A DNA stretch of 61,798 nucleotides, counting the filler. It is 4 parts of 4 records of this genome, joined end to end, with 100 filler letters (N's around TTAATTAATTAA, not from the genome) between each part and the next. Parts side by side here need not be neighbours in the genome. Positions count along the whole stretch, not along the records: positions 1 to 21,820 come from SRR20825006_2959; positions 21,921 to 47,694 come from SRR20825006_2961; 2 more parts are not named here. One strand, written 5' to 3'. The stretch's first letter is position 1; each line of letters starts with the position of its first letter. The notes under the pieces were generated by a model, which searched no databases, was not told the DNA's origin, and saw nothing but the letters and a program-made list of their open reading frames with translations. The position numbers and the translations under genes are program-made. Of the stretch, positions 18,548 through 27,672 are shown one piece after another.

Positions 18548-19219
18548 ATGAATTATGATGAGGTCGTCAAATCACGCCGCAGCATTCGCGGATATCTCGA
18601 CAAGCCGGTGCCGAAAGAGCTGATCCGCGAAATCCTCGAAATCGCCATGCGCGCGCCGACCTCGATGAATTCCCAGCCCTGGAATTTCTATGTCGTGGCC
18701 GGTGAGGTGCTGGACCGGATCCGCAAGGGCAATGTCGAGCGCAATGTTGCCGGCGTGCCCGACAGCCGCGAATTCCGCATGGGTCCGCCCTATGCGGGCG
18801 TCCACCGGGATCGCCAGGTCGAGATCGCCGTCCAGCTGTTCCAGGCGATGGGCATTGAGCGCGGCGACAAGGAAAAGCGCATGGACTGGGTGCTGCGCGG
18901 CTTCCGCCAGTTCGACGCGCCGGTCTCCATCGTCATCACTTATGACAAGGCGTTGGCGGGCGGCGACATCCCGCCCTTCGATTGCGGCGGCGTGGTCAAT
19001 TGCATCGTCAACACGGCCTGGTCGCGCGGGCTCGGCTGCGTGATCAATTCGCAAGGCATCATGCAGAGCCCCGTCGTGCGCGAAGAGGCCGGCATCCCGG
19101 ACGACCAAGTCATCCAGACCTGCGTCGCCATGGGCTGGCCCGACGAAACCTTCCCGGCCAATGCGGTGGTTTCAACCCGGAAGTCCGTAGACGAAGCAGC
19201 GGTGTTCCGGGGGTTTTAG
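18548..19219 (+). CDS. Nitroreductase family protein
   Basis: RRSIRGY, APTSMNSQPW, FDAPV. Confidence 0.93.
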   Translation: MNYDEVVKSRRSIRGYLDKPVPKELIREILEIAMRAPTSMNSQPWNFYVVAGEVLDRIRKGNVERNVAGVPDSREFRMGPPYAGVHRDRQVEIAVQLFQAMGIERGDKEKRMDWVLRGFRQFDAPVSIVITYDKALAGGDIPPFDCGGVVNCIVNTAWSRGLGCVINSQGIMQSPVVREEAGIPDDQVIQTCVAMGWPDETFPANAVVSTRKSVDEAAVFRGF

Positions 19220-19254
19220 GGGGCGCGGCCGGTACATTCTGAGTTCTGTGAGAG

Positions 19255-20838
19255 CTATTTCGCAGAAGTCTTTTCGCTGTCTTGACTATCAATTATTGCT
19301 TTGATGCTTGCCCTAAGATCGCGGGGATTGCGGCGCTTCACGGCCCCAGCAAGATTGATCCACTGTTCCTGACCCTCCACAATAACCTTGTCTTCTATCA
19401 GTTTCTCAACGAAGTCCGCGAGATTTCGTGAAAAGAAAGAAAAAGATTTCGCATGCTGGCGCAGGCGCTCGATCTCCAGTGCAACTTTCTTTTCCCTGTA
19501 GTCCGTTATCTCCTCGCCTTGGGCGAGGGCAACGGCGAGTTCACTGACTGATTTAAAGTTCTGTTTGTCTTCCTCGTTTGCTCTGATTGGCTGGGAACGG
19601 AATGGCGAGAGCGGCCATGGGGAAGCGAAAGTTATTCTTTCGAGGGAGGATCGAAGTTTTTGATACTCTGAGAACTCCTGTTTGAGTTTTTCCTGCTCTC
19701 TCTTTTTTTCTTCGATAGCGGCGGAGTCAGATACTAAATAGTACGTGCGTTTCGCTTGCTCAAATCTCCACATTTGAGCGCCAGCAAACAGAATAGGGGT
19801 TACTTCAATAATGGCGAATGCGTTCGCGAAGTTTGAACTAAGGACGATCCAGGAAAGGTCTCGAGCAGCTTGAAAATCCATCCAGGGGATAGGTGGGGCG
19901 AACATCAGGCATAAGACGCCTATTACTCCGAGTGCACCCAAAATCCGGGCTGCGTGTAGCAATCCCGGCGTCTCGGATGGGCGGAATATGCCGTCTTCAT
20001 TTTGGACTTGCTTGCCCTCAGCCTCATTCTCAGGCGCAGTGCTTTGGTGTTTTGACTGCAGGCGTTCAATCTCGAGTTCGTATTCTCTAGCTTTGCTGCC
20101 GTAGCGCCGTGCCAAGAGAATGGCGCACGCGGCAAAGAAAGCAAACAATATCAGCCAAAACCACTTTTCTAACCAAGTCCCTTCTTTCCACAAATTTTCA
20201 GGTGGTGATCTTGCAGCCGATCCTTGATCTGATTGTACCGATAGAGGTCCGCTATTGAGGCTTCCGAAGTCTACACTTGACTGCGAAATACGAAGTTGGC
20301 TACCCAACAAACAACCCGCGCGATCTATATGCTCTGGTTCAGCCAGGATGGGAATCACTTCAACAACTGTATCGCCTAAACCAGATAGCTTTTGCGCCGC
20401 AGTGCAGAGGTCTTCGCCACAATTTGGCGTTTCGCTCAGGTCACTGACGATGTAAACCTTGTCAGGGGCAGAATTAGATGAAGTTAATGCTGACCGCAAC
20501 GCAGTGCCGAGTTGAGTGCTTCCATTGGCGCTTATCGCCTGTGGACGACTTTGTTGAATTGGAACTGCTGGGGCTATGAGAACATTGTCGCCGCACCGGC
20601 CACCATTGCTGCCGCCTATATAGGTTCGGGAGACCCAAACGTTCGGCGATCTGTCTTGAAGCTCCTCGATTTTTTCCGAAACTCTATTTTCAGCTTGATC
20701 CAGTTTCGTTACCATCGAACCGCTAACATCAATCAAGAAGATAGCGACATCCTCTTGATTGTTGTGAATCTGGACTGACTGAGTGGAACCACTCATACTG
20801 ACTAGAATGCAGCAGAAGATCAGTATGAAAAGTCTCAT
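19255..20838 (-). CDS. Secreted VWA domain + about 3 TM helices + cytoplasmic C-terminal domain; likely horizontally acquired
   Basis: Signal peptide, IFLIDVSGSM (DxSxS), GSTQLG, VYIVSD..ET..CG..C; three hydrophobic segments; visibly AT-richer than flanks. Confidence 0.78.
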   Translation of the reverse strand: MRLFILIFCCILVSMSGSTQSVQIHNNQEDVAIFLIDVSGSMVTKLDQAENRVSEKIEELQDRSPNVWVSRTYIGGSNGGRCGDNVLIAPAVPIQQSRPQAISANGSTQLGTALRSALTSSNSAPDKVYIVSDLSETPNCGEDLCTAAQKLSGLGDTVVEVIPILAEPEHIDRAGCLLGSQLRISQSSVDFGSLNSGPLSVQSDQGSAARSPPENLWKEGTWLEKWFWLILFAFFAACAILLARRYGSKAREYELEIERLQSKHQSTAPENEAEGKQVQNEDGIFRPSETPGLLHAARILGALGVIGVLCLMFAPPIPWMDFQAARDLSWIVLSSNFANAFAIIEVTPILFAGAQMWRFEQAKRTYYLVSDSAAIEEKKREQEKLKQEFSEYQKLRSSLERITFASPWPLSPFRSQPIRANEEDKQNFKSVSELAVALAQGEEITDYREKKVALEIERLRQHAKSFSFFSRNLADFVEKLIEDKVIVEGQEQWINLAGAVKRRNPRDLRASIKAIIDSQDSEKTSAK

Positions 20839-20862
20839 GTCGTTGTTATCTCGACCGCTTAT

Positions 20863-20877
20863 GTTCTATGTATGTTC
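20863..20877 (-). promoter_or_regulatory. LexA (SOS) box upstream of the VWA membrane gene
   Basis: GTTC-TATGTAT-GTTC, 24 nt upstream of ATG 20838. Confidence 0.7.
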
Positions 20878-20984
20878 ATGTTGCGCCAAAAGGCAAGCCT
20901 TGATCGTCTGTTAGTTGAGAGTGCAGATCCAATCATAAATTTCCCCCAATCCGTCTGATAGCCCCCGCCCCTAGACTCTCCTGC

Positions 20985-21644
20985 ATGAACGGGATGGCGG
21001 CATTCATCGAACAGGGGCTCAAGGCCGCGCAGGGCGCGGTGCTGGATGTGCGGGCGCAGGCCGGGCTGCATCTGGAGCCGGACTCGGTGTCGCGGCGCGT
21101 GCGCGCCAGGGTGCGCGGGCGGCTGAAGGCCATTGAAACGATTGTCCGGCGGCTGATCATCCTGATGGCGGCGGCGCTGGACCTGCCGCCCCTGCCGCGA
21201 GCCAGCGCCGGCCAGACCGGCGCGGCGGTCTCCGCCCCGCGCCCGGCGCTTGTCGACACGGTGGAGGATGTTACGGACACTTTTGGGACCAGTTATGGAC
21301 CAGTCCATCGCCTCTGCCTGACCGGGCGGCGCACCGCCGGTCTCATGGATTGGCAGGACGCCTTTGCGGGGAAGGGGGCCGCGCAGGCGCTTGTCGCCGG
21401 GCCGGTTCCCGCCGCGCCGCTGATCGCGCACATCATTGCGCTGCAACGCCTGCTGAAAGATCCGGCGCCGGCCGCCAAACGGCTCGCCCGCCATCTGGCG
21501 CAGATGAAGGCAAGGCAAGAGCCGCGCCCCGTCTGCCCGCCCAGCACCGGGAATTTCCGCCTCGGCGCAGAGCTGGGCAGCGTGGCCAGCGCCCTGCCGG
21601 GTCTTGTCAGCCGCGCCGTCGCGGACTGGCCCGACACGTCCTGA
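20985..21644 (+). CDS. Hypothetical protein
   Basis: 219-aa ORF with host-like high-GC codon usage; no motif recognised. Confidence 0.65.
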   Translation: MNGMAAFIEQGLKAAQGAVLDVRAQAGLHLEPDSVSRRVRARVRGRLKAIETIVRRLIILMAAALDLPPLPRASAGQTGAAVSAPRPALVDTVEDVTDTFGTSYGPVHRLCLTGRRTAGLMDWQDAFAGKGAAQALVAGPVPAAPLIAHIIALQRLLKDPAPAAKRLARHLAQMKARQEPRPVCPPSTGNFRLGAELGSVASALPGLVSRAVADWPDTS

Positions 21645-21721
21645 CCTGTCGTGAAATTTGAACCCGTTGCCGGGGCGCGATCCGCGTCTCCGGTCACCGG
21701 CGCAGGCGGCGAGCTTCGCTC

Positions 21722-21816
21722 TCCTTCGACTTCGCTCAGGATGAGCTGATCTCTTGAGGCGGCTTACGGACTCATTCCGCCTCCCTTGCTGACTCATCCT
21801 GAGCGAAGTCGAAGGA
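21722..21816. repeat. REP/REPIN-like inverted repeat pair
   Basis: Perfect 24-bp IR TCCTTCGACTTCGCTCAGGATGAG / CTCATCCTGAGCGAAGTCGAAGGA with inner IR GAGGCGG/CCGCCTC; at contig end. Confidence 0.8.
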
Positions 21817-21820
21817 TGAA

Positions 21821-21920
21821 NNNNNNNNNNNNNNNNNNNNNNNNNNNNNNNNNNNNNNNNNNNNTTAATTAATTAANNNNNNNNNNNNNNNNNNNNNNNN
21901 NNNNNNNNNNNNNNNNNNNN
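21821..21920. other. Artificial contig linker
   Basis: N44-TTAATTAATTAA-N44; composition and taxonomy change across it. Confidence 0.99.
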
Positions 21921-21945
21921 TCTTTAGCGCAAGGCTTTAACGCCC

Positions 21946-22353
21946 CTAGCTTTCTTTTATTTCTTGGCAAAGCTCCACCAGCACGCCATTCGTGCCCTTT
22001 GGATGCAAAAATGCCACCAGTTTGTTGTCCGCTCCTATTTTGGGCGTTTCGTTCAAAACCAAAAAGCCTTCGCCCTTCAGTCTTTGGATTTCCGAAACAA
22101 TGTCCGCCACCGCAAATGCAACATGATGGATGCCCTCCCCCTTTTTTTCCAAATATTTGGCGATGGGGCTATCGGGCTTGGTCGCCTCCAGCAATTCAAT
22201 CTTATTGGGGCCCGATTTAAAAAACGAGGTCCTTACCCCTTCCGAGGCCACTTCCTCAATTTTATAATGCGACACGCCCAAGAGCTTTTCAAACAAAGCA
22301 TTGGATACCTCCAAGTCTTTAACCGCAATTCCAATGTGTTCAATTTTATCCAT
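21946..22353 (-). CDS. mce: Methylmalonyl-CoA epimerase
   Basis: IEHIGIAV, KIELLE, GEGIHHVAF, FLHPK.TNGVLVELCQ. Confidence 0.95.
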   Translation of the reverse strand: MDKIEHIGIAVKDLEVSNALFEKLLGVSHYKIEEVASEGVRTSFFKSGPNKIELLEATKPDSPIAKYLEKKGEGIHHVAFAVADIVSEIQRLKGEGFLVLNETPKIGADNKLVAFLHPKGTNGVLVELCQEIKES

Positions 22354-22455
22354 ACAAGATGTAATAAGCGTTAAAATCTTCACCTTTTTTCAAAATTACG
22401 GAGTGTAAATGGTTAATAGCGTGAGGATAGTCATTTATTCGCTTATTTTTGCAGT

Positions 22456-22851
22456 ATGGAGGAAACACAAAGACAGAAAAAGATAGCAGGAATCATTCAA
22501 AAGGACCTGGCCGATATTTTACAACGGGCCGCTACCGATGGTGGCCTCAAGGGAACCTTGATCTCCGTGTCCAAGGTTTCCGTAACCGTTGACCTATCCT
22601 TGGCCAAAGTGTACGTGAGCATTTTTCCGAACAAGGGTGCCAAAGAACTGTTGGAGGGCATCAAAGAAAGCCAAGTGGCCATCCGTTACGAATTGGCCCA
22701 ACGTACCAAGCATCAACTAAGGCGTGTGCCCGAACTCAATTTTTATCTGGACGATTCCCTTGAATACATCGAAGGGATTGAAAAATCATTAAAAAGAGAG
22801 GAAAACCCTATCGAGAACAGGGACTTGCTCGACAAACGTAAGAAATCCTAG
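22456..22851 (+). CDS. rbfA: Ribosome-binding factor A
   Basis: RQKKI, DLSLAKVYVS, LRRVPELNFYLDDS. Confidence 0.96.
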   Translation: MEETQRQKKIAGIIQKDLADILQRAATDGGLKGTLISVSKVSVTVDLSLAKVYVSIFPNKGAKELLEGIKESQVAIRYELAQRTKHQLRRVPELNFYLDDSLEYIEGIEKSLKREENPIENRDLLDKRKKS

Positions 22852-22853
22852 TT

Positions 22854-24059
22854 TTGAACTTTCCGCTGTATATCGCAAAACGCTACCTACGGTCCAAAAG
22901 CAGCCAAAATGCGGTAAATATCATCAATTTCATTACTTTTTTGGTGATTGTGATTGGTTCCGCGGCCCTTTTTATCGTGCTTTCCGCTTTTGCCGGTCTA
23001 AAGACGTTCAGCCTTTCCTTTTCCAATACCTTTGATCCCGATCTGAAAGCCTCCCCCACCACGGGCAAGCATTTTAGCATTTCTGTTGAGGACGAATCGG
23101 CCCTTGAAGAAATTGAGGGTCTGGCCAATTTTTCCAAAGAGCTGGAAGAGCGGGCCTACCTTACCTATAAAGAAAAAAGCACCATTGCCTACATAAAAGG
23201 TGTAGATGAAAACTATCGCGCCGTTACCGGAGTGGACAGCACCCTTATATTCGGAAATTGGGGGTCGGATGTTAACAATGGTGTTATTGGGATTGGTATC
23301 TACAACCTATTGGGCGTTCCCATGAACAATAGGACCGCGATGGAAGTTTTGGTTCCCAAACCCGGCGAGGGTTCCCTTTCCCAACAAGGGTTCAATTCCA
23401 AGCCCTATGACGACCTTTCCTTGGTGGTGAGCGGGGTGTATGCCGTGGAGGAATCTTTGGATAAAAAATACGTGTTTGCCCATCTTCCTTTGGTGCAAGA
23501 GCTGTTGCAGAAAGATAACACCGAAGTCTCCGGTATCAATTTTAAATTGATGGATAATGCCTCTCCGGATGAGGTCCGAAATTCCATAAATGCCGTTTTG
23601 GGCGAAAAAGCATCGGTTCTAACGCGCAGGGAGCAAAATACATCGCTCTACCGGATGCTGAACACCGAAAATTTAGCGACCTATTTGATTTTTACCTTAG
23701 TGCTCATCATTGCCCTTTTTAATGTTGTGGGAGCCATTATTATGATGATTTTGGATAAACAACAAAATTCCAAAACCTTGTTCAGTTTGGGCACGACCAT
23801 TAAGGAACTGCGCCGCATCTATTTTATACAAGGGTTGTTGGTCACTTCTTTTGGCGGGTTGATAGGCGTTGCCCTAGGAAGTTTATTGATCGGGTCGCAA
23901 TTAGCCTTCGGATGGTTGAAGATTACGCCTTCGTTGGCCTATCCCGTCGAGTTCAATGTCATCAACTTGTTGATTGTAATCGGAACCATTGTGGTTTTGG
24001 GGGTTATCTCTTCCAAAATTGCGAGCAGCCGTATCACCGAAAAATTGATTTCAGCTTAA
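22854..24059 (+). CDS. LolC/E (FtsX-like) ABC permease
   Basis: IAKRYLRSK..NAVNII, EN..TYLIF.L..IIA.FNVVG; TTG start. Confidence 0.9.
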   Translation: MNFPLYIAKRYLRSKSSQNAVNIINFITFLVIVIGSAALFIVLSAFAGLKTFSLSFSNTFDPDLKASPTTGKHFSISVEDESALEEIEGLANFSKELEERAYLTYKEKSTIAYIKGVDENYRAVTGVDSTLIFGNWGSDVNNGVIGIGIYNLLGVPMNNRTAMEVLVPKPGEGSLSQQGFNSKPYDDLSLVVSGVYAVEESLDKKYVFAHLPLVQELLQKDNTEVSGINFKLMDNASPDEVRNSINAVLGEKASVLTRREQNTSLYRMLNTENLATYLIFTLVLIIALFNVVGAIIMMILDKQQNSKTLFSLGTTIKELRRIYFIQGLLVTSFGGLIGVALGSLLIGSQLAFGWLKITPSLAYPVEFNVINLLIVIGTIVVLGVISSKIASSRITEKLISA

Positions 24060-25048
24060 GCGAACTGAAAATCCCCGAATTTTTCCTCAACCTCATCAAA
24101 CGCGGCAAAAACATCCGCAGCATCGTCGCTGGTCACCATTTTCATTCGGTACTCCTTAAAGTGAGGAATGCCCTTAAAATAGTTGGTATAGTGTCTTCTG
24201 GTTTCAAAAACGCCCAGTTTCTCGCCCTTCCAATCAATGGCCATTTGTAGGTGCCTGCGGGCCGCATCCACGCGTTCTTGCATAGTAGGAGGTGCCAAGT
24301 GCCCGCCTGTTTTAAAGTAGTGCTTCACTTCCTTAAAAAACCAAGGGTAACCAATGCTTGCCCTACCAATCATGGCTCCGTCCAGCCCGTATTCGTCGCG
24401 CATTTTAACCGCTGCTTCGGGGGTGTCCACATCACCGTTGCCGAATACAGGAATGTGCATGCGTTGGTTGTTCTTCACCTCGGCAATGGGCTTCCAATCG
24501 GCCTCGCCCTTGTACATCTGCACACGGGTACGACCATGGATGGAGATGGCCTCGATACCAACATCTTGAAGACGCTCGGCTACCTCAACAATTTTGATGG
24601 AGTTGTTGTCCCAGCCCAAACGGGTCTTTACGGTCACTGGTAATTTGGTGCGCTTCACGATTTCTTCGGTCAGCTTCACCATCAAAGGAATGTCGCGTAA
24701 AATACCTGCACCTGCATTTTTGCAGACCACCTTTTTTACGGGACAGCCAAAATTGATGTCGATAATGTCCGGGTTGGATTTTTCAACAATATCCACCGCC
24801 TGAAGCATGGAGTCCAGTTCGGCACCAAAAATCTGGATGCCCACAGGGCGTTCTTTTTCATAAATGTCCAGTTTGATGACACTTTTGGCGGCATCCCTGA
24901 TCAACCCTTCGGAAGAAATAAATTCGGTATACACCACATCGGCGCCCTGCTCCTTGCACAGTTTACGAAAAGGAGGGTCGCTTACATCTTCCATCGGAGC
25001 TAGAAGAAGCGGGAAATCAGGGAGTTCTATGTTTCCAATTTTTGGCAA
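24056..25048 (-). CDS. dusB: tRNA-dihydrouridine synthase B
   Basis: LAPMEDVSD, DINFGCPVKKV, VTVKTRLGW, IHGRT, GNGD. Confidence 0.96.
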   Translation of the reverse strand: MPKIGNIELPDFPLLLAPMEDVSDPPFRKLCKEQGADVVYTEFISSEGLIRDAAKSVIKLDIYEKERPVGIQIFGAELDSMLQAVDIVEKSNPDIIDINFGCPVKKVVCKNAGAGILRDIPLMVKLTEEIVKRTKLPVTVKTRLGWDNNSIKIVEVAERLQDVGIEAISIHGRTRVQMYKGEADWKPIAEVKNNQRMHIPVFGNGDVDTPEAAVKMRDEYGLDGAMIGRASIGYPWFFKEVKHYFKTGGHLAPPTMQERVDAARRHLQMAIDWKGEKLGVFETRRHYTNYFKGIPHFKEYRMKMVTSDDAADVFAAFDEVEEKFGDFQFA

Positions 25049-25100
25049 ATCCTACAGGTTTTTGGACTGCAAAAGTACAAAATAGCATAGAACCAGAAAG

Positions 25101-27521
25101 CTAGTTCTGCGATTGAAGTCGATCGCGCTCGTTTTTATCGATTCCGCGTTGATTGTCGTCCAACCTGAAATTGCCGAAATTATAGGTAAAGCCAAAGCGG
25201 ATAAACTGCGTTTCGGGGCGTCTTCGGTAAAAATTGTCCTGGTTGAGATACTGCGAACGATACGTGGGCACGTATTGCTCCAAAATATCCTCGGCGGCAA
25301 GCGATAAGGTAATCTTATTATCAAACAGCGTTTTCCTCAAGCCAATAGTCAAATTGAACTGCTCGTCCGACACATACGAACCATATAGGAATTGTGAAAC
25401 ATAGGTCGCCGCCACTTCGCCCGTAAAGGTCCCGTCCTTGGAGAGCGTCAGATAATTGCCAAAATAGGCGTAAACCCCATTTACTTCGTTGGTGAAAGGG
25501 ACGTTTCCACTTTCCTCGGCCAAATAGGTCTCCTCTTCGTGGAACAGGGAAGTATAGGCATACAGGAACCAGGGGGGCAAAATGGATTTGCTCACCGTAA
25601 AGTCCAACCCATACGACTTACTCTCCAATACGTTCTGCTTAAGCTCCACCAAGGTTTGATTCTCATTATCCTGAAACACCAAATAGGCAATGTTCCTACC
25701 GTTGTCCCGATAGTACACATCAAAGAAGTATTCGCTGTTGAGCGTATAGTTGACGTTGAAATTGTTGCTGAAGCTTGGTCGCAATCCGGGATTTCCCTCT
25801 TCAAAATCATTTTCATTATAAAAAAAACGGAAGGGGTTCAGGTCATTGTACTTGGGCCTGTCAATATTTCGTCCATAATCAAAAGAAAAGCTATGCTTAT
25901 CCGATGGTGAATAGAGCACATACACGGAAGGAAACGGTTCGAAAAAATCTTGGGTGTTGGTCTCTCCCAAGGTAATGGAGTTTCCTTCGGCCTTGGTGAG
26001 TTCTCCACGAATACCCAGTTTCATGGACCATTTCTCCCAGTTTTTTACAAAGCTCAAATAGGCAGCATAAACGTCTTCATCATAAATATATCGGTCCGAT
26101 TGTGATGCATCGACAGTGTTGCTACTTCCATTAAAGTTGAAAAAGTTCATCGTGTTTTCTGAGGTAATCGATGACATCTTGGCCCCGGATTCGATGGATG
26201 CATTTCCCACAGGGGTAAAATAATCCAGTTGTCCCGTAAAAATTTTGATTTCTTGATCCGAATCGGTGTCAAACCCAAAATCCCTCAAAAAAGTACCCTC
26301 TGCATCAAAATAATTGGAGTTCAGTTGCTGGAACATTTCACCTTTAAAATAGGTATAGTGCCCATTGGCCCTGATCTGTGCTCCTTCTTTTTTCAGCTTG
26401 TGCACATAGGTTAGGTCGAATGCCAAGTTGGTATTGTCCATATTGGCATTGTTCTCCGTGGTAAATGTTGAATCCAATTGTGCCTGGCCGTTCCGCATTT
26501 CGTTGTTGAGCAAGGTCTCCTGTTCTTGGTCTAGATTGAAAAGCAGGTTGGAGGTGACATTCAGGCTGTTCCGGTCATCAAAATCATAATCCAAAATAAA
26601 GCTGGCATTTTGCGACTGTGACCTATCTGTCTGGTTATAATCCGTGTCCCAAATCGAGAAAACTTCATCGGAACCATCAATAAAATTGATGCCCTTTTTG
26701 GTCTTGTTGATTTCCTTTTTTGGATTGATGGTATAGTTGGCAAACAAGTTCAGCTTGTCCGTTTTGTAATAATGGCTTGTTCCTATACTGTATTTTGGAA
26801 AAACGGCCTGCGTAAAGGTTCCGTTGACGCTCCCCTTATAACCGGGCACAATGTTCTTACTGGTAACGATATTCAAAATAGGGCCTCCTTCAGCATCATA
26901 TCTTGCAGGAGGATTGGCAATCACCTCCACTGATTTTATGTTGGTGCCCGAAAGCCCTTGTAACAGATCTTGTACCTCTTGACCTGAGAGCTGTACTTTT
27001 CTATCGTTCAGGTACACCGTGGCATTCTGACCGCGGATCATTAAATTATCTTGATTGACGATGACCCCTGGCGTATTTTTAAGTATATCCCACGAAGTTC
27101 CTTGCGAAACGACCGTATTTTCAACCGTAAAGACCAGTCTGTCCGGTAATCTTTGAAGCTTTGGGCGTTGAGCAGTTACGACCACTTCGTCCAACTCGTT
27201 GCTTTCCATGGGTATGATCAAGGCCCCTAACGAAACGTCTTTTGTAATGTCCAGCGCCCTTGGCTCAGAGCCACTTCCCACATAGCTCGCCTGCAACAAA
27301 TAGAGATTGGCCTCTACCCCGGTTAGTTTAAAAAACCCTTCCTCATCGGCAGAACTCCCTTGAACAAACGTCGAATCAGCAGCTTCGAGCAAAAGAATGT
27401 TCGCATAAGGAACCACTTGATTTTGTTCGTCGACAACCTTTCCGGTAATGGTAAAGGTTTGGCCGTACGCGCCACAAATTGTAAAGGACACCAATAAAAC
27501 AATAGAGGTGAGGTTCTTCAT
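25101..27521 (-). CDS. Outer-membrane beta-barrel / TonB-dependent receptor-like protein
   Basis: Signal peptide, carboxypeptidase-regulatory-like N-domain, LDEVVVTA, NPPARYDAEG, GNPGLRPSF, FTYNFG. Confidence 0.88.
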   Translation of the reverse strand: MKNLTSIVLLVSFTICGAYGQTFTITGKVVDEQNQVVPYANILLLEAADSTFVQGSSADEEGFFKLTGVEANLYLLQASYVGSGSEPRALDITKDVSLGALIIPMESNELDEVVVTAQRPKLQRLPDRLVFTVENTVVSQGTSWDILKNTPGVIVNQDNLMIRGQNATVYLNDRKVQLSGQEVQDLLQGLSGTNIKSVEVIANPPARYDAEGGPILNIVTSKNIVPGYKGSVNGTFTQAVFPKYSIGTSHYYKTDKLNLFANYTINPKKEINKTKKGINFIDGSDEVFSIWDTDYNQTDRSQSQNASFILDYDFDDRNSLNVTSNLLFNLDQEQETLLNNEMRNGQAQLDSTFTTENNANMDNTNLAFDLTYVHKLKKEGAQIRANGHYTYFKGEMFQQLNSNYFDAEGTFLRDFGFDTDSDQEIKIFTGQLDYFTPVGNASIESGAKMSSITSENTMNFFNFNGSSNTVDASQSDRYIYDEDVYAAYLSFVKNWEKWSMKLGIRGELTKAEGNSITLGETNTQDFFEPFPSVYVLYSPSDKHSFSFDYGRNIDRPKYNDLNPFRFFYNENDFEEGNPGLRPSFSNNFNVNYTLNSEYFFDVYYRDNGRNIAYLVFQDNENQTLVELKQNVLESKSYGLDFTVSKSILPPWFLYAYTSLFHEEETYLAEESGNVPFTNEVNGVYAYFGNYLTLSKDGTFTGEVAATYVSQFLYGSYVSDEQFNLTIGLRKTLFDNKITLSLAAEDILEQYVPTYRSQYLNQDNFYRRRPETQFIRFGFTYNFGNFRLDDNQRGIDKNERDRLQSQN

Positions 27522-27672
27522 TAGGGGTTAGGGTTGAGCATCAAATCTAAGAAATTATTTCTGAGCGAAATACCAAGGAATTTTCTTATTGAGAAAAAAC
27601 CATTTACAGGTATTTAAAACAATTATATTTGCAGTTGATTATATCCCTTTTTTAGGGTATGTTATTGTTGAT

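Noticed and set aside
21821-21920. TTAATTAATTAA palindrome within N runs (also 47695-47794 and 55597-55696), and apparent neighbourhoods across them
   Set aside because: Identical artificial all-frame-stop linkers; genes on either side come from different organisms, so no cross-linker system can be inferred
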